From Octopus vulgaris (Eukaryota): a DNA stretch of 64,000 bases. The notes beneath the pieces were generated by a model. That model was not told the DNA's origin. It saw only the letters and a list, made by a program, of their open reading frames with translations, and searched no databases. Location: positions 14,260,001-14,324,000 of the forward strand of contig OX597822.1 in assembly GCA_951406725.2 (NCBI GenBank), in the 5' to 3' direction. Position numbers and translations under genes: made by a program. How positions within the stretch are numbered: the first letter of the stretch is position 1; every line of letters begins with the position of its first letter. Positions 26,155-42,461 of the stretch are shown piece after piece.

Positions 26155-26810
26155 TTATATATATATACATACACACATATGTAGATAGATTGATGTAGAG
26201 ATAGATACATACATGCATACATACGTATATACACACATATATACATGCATACTTACATACATACATATGCACAAACATGTTTATAAATATGGACATGAAT
26301 TACGGATAAGTCACAAGTCACGCATGGGTTGACTTGCATTTATCCACGTAAAAATATTGTGTGAAATTATGCCTACACAAACACGCATGAACGGCTACAG
26401 TTTCACATCACACACACACACATACACACACACACATATATACACACAAACAGATACACAAACATAAAGAAGTCAATGGTCATGAGTCAGTTTCGACGAT
26501 GACTACACAGCTGATGGATCAATAACTACATAAATGTTAAATTGTAAATGGTTGAGTATTCCAAAGAGACCGGCTGACGTAGTTCTCAAATAGACTCGGC
26601 ATGATTCAATATGTGAAGAGACTGGATTTTTAAAGTTCCGGGTGCATTCCACCCGACACGCTTACATACAATTTCTGTTGACAAAATTTTATTCAAAAGG
26701 GGTAGATCATCCCTAGGTTAAGTTAAAGTACATTTGCCCGAGAATTCATATGTAGCGCGGTTAATGTCATTCGCTTTGGCTGCTACACCCCACCTACATA
26801 CATACACTTG

Positions 26811-26881
<71 letters not shown>

Positions 26882-26883
26882 TA

Positions 26884-26936
<53 letters not shown>

Positions 26937-26953
26937 GTGTGTATATATATGTG

Positions 26954-26984
<31 letters not shown>

Positions 26985-27004
26985 ATATATATATGTATAT
27001 ATGC

Positions 27005-27055
<51 letters not shown>

Positions 27056-28348
27056 TATATGATTCTTACATGTATACATACATTTGTATATGTATATATA
27101 TATGTATATATATATATTTATATATATTTGTGTGTATTAAATTCACACACGCACACTCACACATAAACAAAGGCATATTGACAAACATACATACTCCGAT
27201 ATGCACATATACACACATATATACTGTAGCCTTAGCTTTTCCCACGCTTCATGGCGCATCTGGCTACACCCATACACATATGTATACTCAGAGATTCATC
27301 TCTCACACACACATACATACGCACACGCATATACACACACATATATACACACACACTTTGTAATATCCAGTTACATACACCAACATCTGAACCATAAGTA
27401 TGCTGTGTCCCCTCACTGCCTATTCTACCGCTACTATGATGGCTTCTGCTCACCAGAACCAGCTACATTCGTACCAGCTTCTCTCAGGTACTGCTATTCA
27501 ACCGTCTTATCTCCTCTCATTAACTTGGCCCGTGTTAATTACCAGAGCCAGTCCGCCTTCCCGAAAATAATCCTTACTTCTGGCTTTCTGAAGTTATTGA
27601 CTTCCATCAGATTAAGCGGAACGTAAACTCCATCAATTCCACAGCTCTCCCGACTCTCTGCGATGAGGCGCTTGATCCTTCCTACAGAGTAAACTTAACA
27701 AAAAAAAAACATAACAAAACAAAGAAAACCCACAAAACCAAAAGGAATCCATACACACCCGCACACATGTGATGTGCATACCTACAAATAGATATAAGTT
27801 CTTTTATTCATTTATGTGCTTCAGTTCAAATGCTGTGGCCATGCTGGAGCACCGCCAGTGTTTTCGCCTCCTCAATGGCGATTCTGTTGTGATTGGTTTT
27901 TAAAGCAGTCCGATATTGCTGTGCCTTTCTTGCAGTGATGTAGGTTCACCTGCGACCTTGGACAGCCGCACACACACAAACACACACACACACACACAAA
28001 CATATGCCTGCGCGTGCGTAAACACATTACCATATAAAAACAACATACACAAAACAAATTAATTCGAGAAAAACCATATAAATAACAAAATATACTGACA
28101 CACAGATATTTACGATTGCACGGCAACGACATTTATAAGACACTCTCTACCTCTCTCTCTCTCTCTCTCATTCTTTCTCCCTCTCTCTCTTTCTCTCTCT
28201 CTATATATACATACATACATATACATATATATATATATACACGTACATATACATATACATATGCATATATATTTATATATATATACATAGATACACACAC
28301 ACACACACACACACACACACTCATATATATATGTATATATACATATGT

Positions 28349-28600
28349 GGAGGCGCGTGGCTTAGTGGTTAGGGCGTCAGCATTACGATCGTAAGATTGT
28401 GGTTTCGATTCCTGGACCGAGCGACGCGTTGTGTTCTTGGGCAAAACACTTCATTTCACGTTGCTCCAGTCCACTCAGCTGGCAAAAATGAGTAACGCTG
28501 CGATGGACTGGCGTCCCGTCCAGCTGGGGAACACATATGCCACAGAAACCGGGAAACCGGGCCCATGAGCCTGGCTAGGCTTCAAAAAGGGCGCATTTAT
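28349..28600 (+). mobile_element. tRNA-derived SINE family C
   Basis: A box TGGCTTAGTGG, B box GTTTCGATTCC, conserved body and T-rich tail. Confidence 0.85.
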
Positions 28601-29156
28601 TTTTTTATTTATATATACATATAATGCTTTACATGCATGAAAAAGAGAAATGTTAACAGAATGAAGGACTCAATAGAATGTAAAGACTGATATTTCAAAA
28701 TACATTATGTCTATAGCAAACATTACTCTGTCTATCTCTCTCTTCCTCTCTCTCTGTCTCTCTCTTCCTCTCTCTGTGTCTCTTTCTCTCCCTATATATA
28801 TATATTCATGTTTGTATGTATAAATATACTTATATATATATACATATATATAATATAATCAGTGGTATATATAATATATACAGGTACATATTATGTAATT
28901 ATTTTGTTACACCTCTGTATAAATAATACACACGCAAACACATGAGCATACAGCCCCCACCCCGCCACACACACACTTATATAATTCCGATGTCATTCCA
29001 CGCATTGTCCTCATCGATTACATCAACTCATTTTATTTATTTAAACCTTTTTCAAAGCGTTTATATATTTGTGTGTGTATATGCCTGCGTGTGTACATAC
29101 ATACATATATATGTATAAATATGTATAAATCTCTCTTTCCCCCTCTCTCTCCCCCC

Positions 29157-29241
<85 letters not shown>

Positions 29242-29679
29242 CATACATATACACATGGTCAGCGTGAAGGCTAAATCAAGCCAATTATGAAGTTAACAAA
29301 ATACAACACATCCACATAAAGTTATACATACATGCACACTGATCTATATACATACACACGTATATATATATATATATATATGTACATATATGGACATGCA
29401 GACAAATATACTGTATCATTGCAGCCATGTGCCTTACATGTTTTTGAGTGACGTTTTCAAGACATCAACGTCATATAATGTCATGAATCTCTTTTGTATT
29501 ATATATATATTAATTGAAAAAATGTTTAAAAATTGTAAAATTTATAAAAATGATATAATCGTCATAAAAAAAAACAACAATAAAAGTACATGTTTCAGCA
29601 TGGAAAAATAAATGCATATTGTGTTGTGTTCCTATATATTTACCTTCATACATGCACACACACACATACACACACATAT

Positions 29680-29729
<50 letters not shown>

Positions 29730-29731
<2 letters not shown>

Positions 29732-30100
29732 CCTTAAATCCTTAAACATGTTTTAGCCCGAAGGCCGCGGCCATGCTGGGGCACCACCGCTGAATGAGCT
29801 ACACTAATTTGTGAATCCACGTGGCACTTGATCAACAAGGGAGTTCGATGCTGCTGCCCGCATCCGCGTCTCCTGTCGTGAGGTAGGTTCATCTGGGACT
29901 CCCAACAAGAAGAGATCCAGTTTAGTTTTAAAGAAACCCACATCCACGCCATGTAAGTCTCTCAGGCATTTAGGGAGGATGTTGAAGAGCTGTGGTCCTC
30001 TGAAACCCAAGCTGGACCTGTATTTTGATGGTGATGTTGGAATCCTTGGCACCATGCAGTGGCGCCCCGTTCTGCGGTTGGAGTAACTTTGAATGCCAAA
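29730..30100 (-). mobile_element. CR1-like LINE 3' fragment
   Basis: SLGFRGPQLFNILPKCLR...FKTKLDLFL..VPDEP...RAAASNSL, a 3' UTR with GGTGCCCCAGCATGGCCGC and a (TTTAAGGA) tail. Confidence 0.85.
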
Positions 30101-30101
30101 G

Positions 30102-30134
<33 letters not shown>

Positions 30135-30142
30135 CATACATA

Positions 30143-30511
30143 CAGGGTGATTCAAAAGTCTCCATACACGAGAAAAATGTATTTTCTTAATAATGGTTTA
30201 TAAGATTTCCTAGGTTCCCTGATCTGACTGACTCCTCTTAATTTCTATCTTTGGGGCCATTTGAAAGGCATGGTGTATCGCAGAAAGATAAAAGACATAA
30301 ATCATTTGAAGGAACGCATCACCAACTCCTTTGCACACGTATTACCAGATGTGCTATTACGAGTTCCCAATGAGTGGGGTAAACGTATTGCAATGTGTAT
30401 TCAAAATAAGGGTACCCATATAGAGCCTCTTTAAAAAAAAACTGTTCTTATAAACTGTTTCTTATTAATAGATAAATTGCTCCTATGTATGGCGCCTTTT
30501 GAATCACCCTG
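30143..30511 (+). mobile_element. Internally deleted Tc1/mariner-superfamily element (MITE-like)
   Basis: TIR CAGGGTGATTCAAAAG at both ends and TA on the left. The interior encodes a transposase C-terminus (PDLT...NFYLWGHLKGMVY...GTHIEPL). Confidence 0.85.
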
Positions 30512-30849
30512 TTTATATTGATATTATTAAAGGAATATAATTATATAAGTGTATATACATACATACATGCATGCATATATATACATATATATTTATATAT
30601 ATATATATATATATTATTATTATTATTATTCAGTTCTATTATTCGGTTCTAATCCAGAAACGAGTCGTCTATAATTAATCCATAGGCTGGGATTTCGTTA
30701 TTTTCTGCCTTTTTTGCCATATACAGCTTACAAATTCTGTTTGTTTGTGGAGACTTTTTAATAGTAGAGGAAATGGTGAACAATTTTGGCTGCTATTTCT
30801 AATATTTTCGGTATGCGGTTTTGAGCAACTTGTTGCATTTAACCCTTAT

Positions 30850-30906
<57 letters not shown>

Positions 30907-30924
30907 GTATACATATTCATTCTT

Positions 30925-31147
30925 TCTCTTTTATTTCTTTTACTTGTTCCAGTCATCTAACTGTGGCCATGCTGGAGCACCACCTTTAGTCGAACAAATC
31001 GACCGCAAGACTTATTCTTTGTGAGCCTAGTACTTATGCTATCAGGTGTCTTTTGCCGAGCCGCGAAGTTATGGGGATGTAAACACACCAATATCGGCTA
31101 TCAAGCGATGGTGGGGGGACAGACAAAGAAACACACAAATGCATAAG

Positions 31148-31231
<84 letters not shown>

Positions 31232-31380
31232 ACGGGCTTCTTTCAGTTCCCGTCTACGAAATCCACTCACAATGCTTCGGTCGTCCTGGGTCTATAGTAG
31301 AAGACATTTGCCTAAGGTGCCATGCAGTGGGACTGAACCAGGAACCATGTGGTTGGGAGGGAAGCTTCTTACCGCACAGC
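30925..31380 (-). mobile_element. SINE family A
   Basis: Reverse-complement family A head, body and tail. Confidence 0.88.
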
Positions 31381-31397
31381 ATACATACATACATACA

Positions 31398-31429
<32 letters not shown>

Positions 31430-31826
31430 CTGTAACCATATGTGAATCGTTGGCGATGTTTTATCTCCGTCTTCCTTACTATTAGACTTTCCTGTGTTGG
31501 AGGGCATTGCTCGAAACGTTAAACCTGCTTTCTTTCGTTCCCTGAGTGTCTGCTAATACTTTACATGTAACACGTCCTCGCGTTAGTGTGCTTTTTTGTT
31601 TGTTGTTTTTTGGGAGATGTACGATATATGCAAAGCGGCATTACTTGAGGCTAGCCTGAGGTAGGGTCCCTTCAACATATTCAAGATTGCATATTCGTTG
31701 ATCTTTCACACGGTGTCATTTAGGTGCGATGCAGTTATGGACGAAGTGTTACAGAAACAAATGAAACGAAAACGGAAGTTGTGCTTAATTCATTTTTGTC
31801 TTCTTGTTTAGCTCATGTTTATTTAC

Positions 31827-32605
<779 letters not shown>

Positions 32606-32616
32606 TATCTATCTAT

Positions 32617-33325
32617 CGGGAAGGAAGAGCTATTTTCATCATCCTTGTGGCTATGGCGAAAGAATGTATCTGGTGGACGCGTCTGAAAGGATTGGAGACA
32701 AACACTTTCCTCTCTGGTCAATCTCTCATCAACTTCTTCAAGTACCACTTGGAAAGGAATGTGAGAGTAGAGAGGCAAGTTTTGTCTAGCGAATGTTTTA
32801 AAAAAAGATGGGTGAATGTAGCAAGGATGGCACGTATGAATGACGAAGCCACCTTGAGCATAATCCTATGAACCCAGAAATTGAAAACAGAGAGTTACCC
32901 ACTTGCAAACAAATGTGGTAACATACAACAATATTGACCAAGGTTACCGTGGTCTTTTTCGTAGGCTTTTCTTCCCACGGATAAACCTTACTTGCTTTCC
33001 CCTTTACACCATATATCATAACACTGTGATACACGATCCCTATTGATCGTTATTTTTCCTCTTCCCCTTTTTTCTTCTTTTTTCATTTCTCTTTTCTTTT
33101 GTTCCTTTTCCTTTTCTTTTTTTTTTTTTTATTTTTTCTTTTTTCTTTTATTTATTTATTTTTTTTGTTCTTTTCTTCCCTTTTACGATCCCTCTTGATC
33201 GAAAACCTACGCCACCCCTTTTTTTTTGTTTCTTTTGTTTTTTGTTTTTTTCATCCCCCAAAAGAAAAGCTCTACCTTGTAATTTGTCCCATCTGTGTGC
33301 AGCCCTGTGTGGCCAATAAAGAAAC
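32617..33325 (+). mobile_element. 5'-truncated Tx1-clade LINE inside (TATC)n, copy 2
   Basis: Same start point as copy 1, with a diverged 3' UTR ending AATAAAGAAAC-(TATC)n. Confidence 0.88.
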
Positions 33326-33447
<122 letters not shown>

Positions 33448-33473
33448 ATCTACCTACCTACCTACCTACCTAC

Positions 33474-33524
<51 letters not shown>

Positions 33525-33533
33525 CCTATCTAC

Positions 33534-33595
<62 letters not shown>

Positions 33596-33622
33596 CTCTA
33601 TCTATCTATCTATCTATATCTA

Positions 33623-33660
<38 letters not shown>

Positions 33661-33765
33661 CCTACCTATCTATCTATCTATCTATCTTTCTATCTATTTA
33701 TCTATCTATCTTTTTTTCTATTTACACACGTGTTTCTGTTCAATTTACACACGTGTTTCTGTATG

Positions 33766-33806
<41 letters not shown>

Positions 33807-34315
33807 CTTCAGTATCAATCATTCTAAAGTTGAGTGATATGTAATCGGTGGAGAAGAAGAATCTATAGCGCGTCGAACAAAATGTTTTAAATATTTTAAC
33901 ACCGATCCTTTAGCTTCTGAGTTCTCCTCCTGCGGATCAACAAAACTAAGTTTGGTTCAGTCGACTGACTCTGCTATTTCCAGTCCACACCCTTATACAC
34001 CTCTTAGTTTAGCGCTCCTTTTACTGTTTAAAGGGTAAATTATTATGTTGTGTGGAATCAGAACACCACTGTTTGGTTGGCTGCTAATGGACTTTGCCGC
34101 TATATATATCCACATGCGTAGAGAGTGTGGTGGGGAGTGTGTAAGATGTATAAAGCCGAGAGTTGCATATTGTCAAGTGTAATTACAAGTATTTTGTATC
34201 TTGAGTAGAACGATTTGCGACGACGTTATTTATTGTCCCGTTGTATCGTACATCGAACGTGCGATACAGCATAAACTCAAAGACATGCTGCGTTTTTTTT
34301 TTTTGTCTTAGAGCA

Positions 34316-34534
34316 GAAATCTTTTCTACTCTAGGCACAAGGCCCAGAATTTTGGGGAAGGGGGCCAGTCGATTAGATCGAACCCAGTACGCAACTGGTA
34401 CTTAATCTATCGACCCCGAAAGGATGAAAGGCAAAGTTGACCTCGGCGGAATTTGAACTCAGAACGTAAAAACAGACGAAATATGGCTAAGAATTTCGCC
34501 CGGTGTGCTAACAATTCTGCCAGCTCGCTGCCTT
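34316..34534 (-). mobile_element. SINE family B, alternative tail (other copies at ~34570-34790 +, ~37000-37205 -)
   Basis: Family B head and body with a tail GGCCTTGTGCCTAGAGTAGAAAAGA. Confidence 0.85.
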
Positions 34535-34827
34535 ATTGTCGAGCATAAATCGTGGTAAGATTAACTGTGGCAAGGCACCGAGTTGGCTGACACGTTAGCA
34601 CGTCGGACAAAATGATCAGCGGCGGTTCTGCTGACTCGTTACTCTTTGAGTTTAAATTCCGCTGGGGTCAACTCTGCTTTTCGTTCTTTCGGGGTCGATA
34701 AAGCTACTACCAGTCATATACTGGTGTCGATGTAATCGATAATCCCATCTTCCTAAAATTACTGGTTTTGTGCCAAAAGCTGGAACCGTTACTAACTTTG
34801 AAAATATTGTGATCTGGCAGATTCGTT

Positions 34828-35230
34828 AGATATGGAGCAGGAGTAATCGCATGGACAGTAGACGAACTAAACAGCTTAGACAGATAGACAAGGAAGTTGC
34901 TAACTAGCTATGAGTCACTCTACCCAAAACGTGACACAGACAGACTGTATGTACCAAGAAAAAGAGGGGGAAGAGGACTTATTGGATGCGAACACAGCAT
35001 TAAAGCAGAAAACAACATAGCATGGTATATAAAAATGCTACAGAACCACTATTATTGGAAGTAAGAAGGTCAGGCTTGCGTAGGATGAAAGATTGCAAAG
35101 ATAAACACTGTACAAGCACTTGAGAATGAATGAAACTGAAAATAGATGGATAAAGAAAAGAATGCATGTACAATTTCATAGGGACGTTGAAGATAAGACA
35201 AAGAAAAATGATGGCTATGGATGACTAAAA

Positions 35231-35233
<3 letters not shown>
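34828..35233 (+). mobile_element. Dong/R4-clade LINE fragment (RT thumb region)
   Basis: RYGAGVIAWTVDELNSLDR and HPK-like YPKRDTDRLYVPRKRGGRGL. Confidence 0.8.
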
Positions 35234-35874
<641 letters not shown>

Positions 35875-35891
35875 TGATAATAATAATAATA

Positions 35892-35947
<56 letters not shown>

Positions 35948-35954
35948 AATGATG

Positions 35955-36663
<709 letters not shown>

Positions 36664-36664
36664 A

Positions 36665-36969
36665 AGAAGAAGAAGAAACCGTTGGTTCACAGATGTGCTG
36701 CTCGAAGCTATCAAAAGATGGGTCTTGGAAAATAGCAGCAGAGATAACGATGAAAATACATTCCTCACTAATAAGTGTAATCTCATAGCACAGGAAAGGA
36801 GCAGTGGTAGTTTACTTGATGAGAGACATCTGAAAGATGATCTGAAAGAAGACGATAAAACTAATAGCGACATGACAGATGAACAAAAGGCAATCTATGA
36901 GAGAATAAAGACAAAGTGCACAGCTGACACCGTGGTACATCTCCAGCGTTAGAAGCTGTGCAAAGGCAA
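36665..36969 (+). mobile_element. Internally deleted Dong/R4-like element within (TAA)n
   Basis: Its 3' end CAGCTGACACCGTGGTACATCTCCAGCGTTAGAAGCTGTGCAAAGGC-(AAT)n matches the 3' UTR of the element at 51966-52308. The upstream part is coding-like and of uncertain origin. Confidence 0.7.
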
Positions 36970-37257
36970 TAATAATAATGATGATCATTTCAAATTTTTG
37001 CACAAAGGCAGCAGTTTCCAGTTTCCGGGGAGGGGACTAGTCGATTACATCGACCCCAGTGTTTCACTGGTACTTAATTTATCGACCCCGAAAAGATGAA
37101 AGGCAACGTAGCCTTCGGCGGAATTTGAACTCAGAGCATAGCAACAGACGAAATACTGCTAAGCACTTTGTCCAGCACGCTCACGATGCTGCCACCTCGC
37201 AGCCTTTGTGCCAGCTCAATAGCAACAGCAACAATGACGATGACCACACTACAAATC

Positions 37258-37324
<67 letters not shown>

Positions 37325-37379
37325 TAATAATAACAAGGATGTCGCCTTCTTTTGATGTGGAAACCTTTGTCTAGGATTA

Positions 37380-37900
37380 TTAGTGAAATATGTTTTCATC
37401 GTTTGAAGTGGAAACTCTATTGCCAGGGAAACAAAAAGGGGTTGTCACAGGAAGATCTGAGGTATTAAAGACCAATTTGTAATAGACAAGATAATATTGA
37501 ACAGTTGTAAGAGAAGGCATGAACTTGGCAATGGTCTGGTTATATTCAAAAGAAAAAAATATGAAAAAAAAATGTTTGGTTCGATTTGGAATGACAAACT
37601 GATTTCATAGGATATAGCTTAACTGACTGGAAGTTTGAAGTGAAATCTTCAAAGTTGAAATAAATAGAGAAATCTGTTAAGAAGACATTCTAGCATCACT
37701 ATTGTTTGTTTAATGTTGAATTTACGAAAAATAGGTTATTGGATACGACTTAAAAATAAAAAATAGAGTCTAAAACAAAGCTAGTATTCATGGGAAAATG
37801 CAAAGATCGACTAGAAGAAGTAATAAATGCTGATGTTATGTTCCGCAAAAATATAGGAATAATTTGCGAAAAATAACTGACCGTTGCGAAATCTAACAAT
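37380..37900 (+). mobile_element. Highly degenerate Dong/R4-like RT fragment
   Basis: LLPGKQKG, then after a frameshift GIKDQFVIDKIILNSCKRR and LAMVW, resembling R4-clade RT motifs. Confidence 0.55.
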
Positions 37901-38459
37901 ATATTTATATGCATGCATCCATTTATTCATTCACAGGGCATTTTATTTATAGTAAAAGACATTTATCCAAAGTGCTGCACAGGGGATCTGACGCACGAGA
38001 AGGCTACTGTAACAATTTAGGATTGAAAGGCACACAGCGATGCCTTCCCCTGTGTTAAAGATCAATAAAAAGGAAAATTAAATCCTACGATGTCACTAAA
38101 ATCACTGAGAGCCACAGGAATGTCCGATTTCAGTCCATAGAGAAAGCGTGAGCCCCAACACAAGTACAACGCGACGGCAGAATGCGAACCTCTGTGGCCA
38201 GTATTTAACTAGGAGGATAGTATATTAAAACGGCCAGGTGCGGCCATCGATATCTCTCCTTGCTTGCTCTACTACACAAGTCGGCAAAAGATTAAAAAAC
38301 ATAAAGACTCTGGTCGATTAATCCTGCATAAAGCGTACACCCTAACATCACTTGATCTTTGATTCTTATCTAAACACCTATTTGTGCAAAGGTTGATAGC
38401 GGCTTATTATTATTATCATCATCATCATCATCATTATCATCATCATCATCATTATTATT

Positions 38460-38549
<90 letters not shown>

Positions 38550-38553
38550 GTTA

Positions 38554-38600
<47 letters not shown>

Positions 38601-38619
38601 GTTGTTGTTATTGTTGTTA

Positions 38620-38675
<56 letters not shown>

Positions 38676-38857
38676 GTAGTAGTTGTTGTTGTTGTTGGTG
38701 GTGGTGGTGGTGACATTGCTGTTAATTTAAATGTAGTTGTTTTGCTTTGTGTAGTGTTCAGATGTTGAAGAGTTTGCATACACATCATTTTCATTCTCAT
38801 GTGAGGTACATATTTTGTAAAGATAGGTAAATACTCATATGCACACACACACACACG

Positions 38858-38909
<52 letters not shown>

Positions 38910-38970
38910 CTTTCCCCTAACATTACCACGTGTAGTTTCTATTTTCTTTTTGTAACATATTTCTATTATA

Positions 38971-39052
<82 letters not shown>

Positions 39053-39087
39053 CATGTACATACATACATACATGCATGCATACATAC

Positions 39088-39228
39088 ATAACACACTACC
39101 TAAGTACCAATCTTGAGAAATTAGGCTTCTCAAAACCAGAAAGGAGAAAGCAAATTCGAAGACTACAGATCCAATCCATCACTGGAACTGTAAAAATCTG
39201 TAAAACTTTTCAGAAGTTTAGCATTTAA
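39088..39228 (+). mobile_element. 3' tip of a restriction-like-endonuclease (RLE) LINE, R4-like
   Basis: NLEKLGF...IRRLQIQSITGTVKICKTF* resembles the LQK.ALLGT..ILR terminus of R4/Dong elements. Confidence 0.5.
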
Positions 39229-39421
39229 ATATATATGAGCATGTCTAGATATGCAACTATATGCATGAAAATACATATATAAAGCAAAACATACAAATGT
39301 GCAACTATACATAGAAACACACATGCATACACACACACACACACACACAAATACACACACACACAAACACACACACAGACACACATACACATACACATAT
39401 GCACACACACACATACACACT

Positions 39422-39460
<39 letters not shown>

Positions 39461-39834
39461 GTATATATCAAAATAAGCAACAGGATATCAAGAAGAGATT
39501 CAGTACGACCGTGTCAATCAGCTCCATTTGATTCAACAGTGCAATCATTACAACAGTTTAAATGCAGGGCTATCATCAGTTGCACAAATATATAGCATTT
39601 TAATCAGTTGGACACATTAATATAATTTTACTCAAATACTTAAACAGAGCAAGAAAATTGAAGAAATCCATCTTGTCGCTAATGTAGCTAAGAATATACT
39701 ACACTCCAAGACAGGCATGAAGCTTACTGGGGTCATAGTTTGTAAAGGATTGTGGTTCATTTCTAATTTAATTCCCTTTTTATCAACTACTAAATTTAAG
39801 ACTAAAGGACTGTGTCTGTTTGGAATGAAGGGCT

Positions 39835-39889
<55 letters not shown>

Positions 39890-40052
39890 CTTCCCTTCAC
39901 TAAATATATAAAACTTCAATTATCCGCGCTAAGGCACGGTTGCGACACCCCATGGTCGTAACCTCAACCGTGTTTTTTCTGTTGTGATTTTTGCTACCCA
40001 GGTATCGGTTAAATTTTAGATTTTGAATAATCCGTAATTCATTTATCCATTT

Positions 40053-40128
<76 letters not shown>

Positions 40129-40891
40129 TTTCATCATTTCATCGAGTTTCAGTTCACGAGTTGTGGCCATGCTGGGGCACCGCCATTATATATATAGTAC
40201 ATCTTTTGTGCGCAGTTTAATGCATGACAGCTGGAAGTAAGCTTATTTAGATAGCTACTTGCATCCACTACTGAGGATGCAGATATTGACCATGGCGAAA
40301 CACGTAAGGAAAAATGATACAAAAATCATATAAACTCCATCTTGTGTTTATCATAATTTGGCATGTCTACACATACAGACATATATACACACACGCAAAC
40401 ACATATACATACACACACACTCACACACAATTAGTGGATGTTGTACTGAATGTCATGCACAATAAAATATTAATTTATCAATATTTCTGTCTGAATTGGC
40501 GACAGGAAACCATACTCTATTGGCAAATGTTAGCGACTCTTCGCAAGAAGTTAGAATTAATTTAAGAATAATTCTATTGAATTAATTTATATGTTTAGGG
40601 AATTGCTAGTCTGATCTTTGTTTGCAGGTACAGCTCACCATGGACATAAGTATCGGTCTATTTGACCTCGTCGACATGTTATAGGTCAGCCAAGTAGAAT
40701 TTTTACACTTAGAAAAACAATTACATGTATTTTAGACCGAATGTGCGTGTGTATTGTGTATGTATATGCATGTGTGACTATACGTATATATACACGTACA
40801 TATATGTGTGTGTGTATATATGTATATATTTATATATATATATATATACACACACACATATATATGTATATATATGCATATATATGTGTAT

Positions 40892-40928
<37 letters not shown>

Positions 40929-41089
40929 CACACTGCATATAGTTCAAATTTAAAGAAAAGAAAAGACGAAAACAGGTCAAGGAATAACAAGCAGATGTAT
41001 TATTTTGGCGCTCGAGAAGAATGGAAAATTCTTTGACGGAAGGATTGCGTGGGAAAAAGGAAGAGAGAAGGAAAAAAAGACCGGAAATC

Positions 41090-41486
41090 CTGAAAGGTCT
41101 AGCATCCAACATTGGGATTGAAACCTATACCAGTAACCGGACTCAACACCATTACATAATACCAATGGTCTCGCCGTCTCCGACCAGAATAAGGACCTGA
41201 CATTGTAACAATTTAGGATTGTAAGGCACACGCATTTTCGATAGGTTGCTGAGAAGCGTCGGAAGACTACGAGGTGTAGACAGGGATCTGTTCAACAATA
41301 ACTGAACAAATTTTTACCTTATAAACCAGATAAACCTACATCAAAACAAGAATCGCAAGGAAGAGCAGTTGAGTCCAACTCGCTACTTTATCAGGACCGA
41401 TTACTGAAAGTGACTCCAAAAATAAACAGATATTAGGGTTTACGGCAATGCCCCAGCACGGCCACAGCCTTTGGATGAAACTGATG
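41090..41486 (+). mobile_element. Degenerate CR1-like 3' fragment (related piece at ~37980-38330)
   Basis: LNKFL...PDKPTSKQE...RAVESNSL and a tail TGCCCCAGCACGGCCACAGCC. Confidence 0.65.
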
Positions 41487-41530
41487 GTAAGGTAGCACAT
41501 ACATACATGTATATGCTTGTAATATATACA

Positions 41531-41624
<94 letters not shown>

Positions 41625-41897
41625 ACTATCTATCTATCTCAATTAACACTATTTTTCCATGTGGCACTCAAAACTCAGAATCGGATTTAAATCCTGCATT
41701 TTTCTGTCTTTACATATTCTATTCCCGTCTGTGTGTGTGTGTTCACACACCCATGTATAAATATGTATATACGTAATTGTGCGCACTTTTGTGTGTGTAT
41801 TTGTGCAGGAATATTCGCTCATACCTTTGTATCTGATACAGATGCATGTCAACATCTGTCAACACACACACACACACACACATACACACAGATATGC

Positions 41898-41968
<71 letters not shown>

Positions 41969-42032
41969 TTTATATATATACATATATATATACATATATA
42001 TATTTACAAATATATATATACATATATGCATA

Positions 42033-42072
42033 TAGGCGCAGGAGTGGCTGTGTGGTAAGTAGCTTGCTAACC
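42033..42072 (+). mobile_element. 5' part of the host SINE A (tRNA head), ending in the left TSD (42057-42072)
   Basis: TAGGCGCAGGAGTGGCTGTGTGGT-AAGTAGCTTGCTAACC. The SINE resumes at 47510. Confidence 0.93.
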
Positions 42073-42461
42073 TCACTGACAGAAGAGTGACTTTGCCTAC
42101 CGTACTACGGTTTGGACGCGTTTTCTTCCCGGTAAGAGTTTTGCTGTGTTGTTAATTGTTGAATTCCTACTACTGAAAATTTGCCTTTAAACGTTGCTGA
42201 ACTGTCTTGTTCTCCGGTTTTACCGGGAAATAATTGAATAATTTCTTACCGTTGAACTGTTAGCCACTGTGGCTTTTTATTTACGTGACTATATATAGTC
42301 CTGCCAGACTATTTTCGTGCCCCTCCCCCGAATGGGGGTGGGAATTGGAATTTTTGAACTGCTTTTTTGAACTACTTTGGAAGAAAAACTTTCTATAGGT
42401 TTCCCAGTTTTGTGGGAAACCAATATTCGTAATTTTTGTGTTGTCTAATTTCAACAGAATA

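Noticed and set aside
28349-28425. tRNA-like sequences (also 4498, 48179, 58310)
   Set aside because: SINE heads that continue into SINE bodies, not bona fide tRNA genes.
22785-29270. Many YIYI/VCVC/HTHT/YLSI ORFs
   Set aside because: Di- and tetranucleotide repeats with no coding signal.
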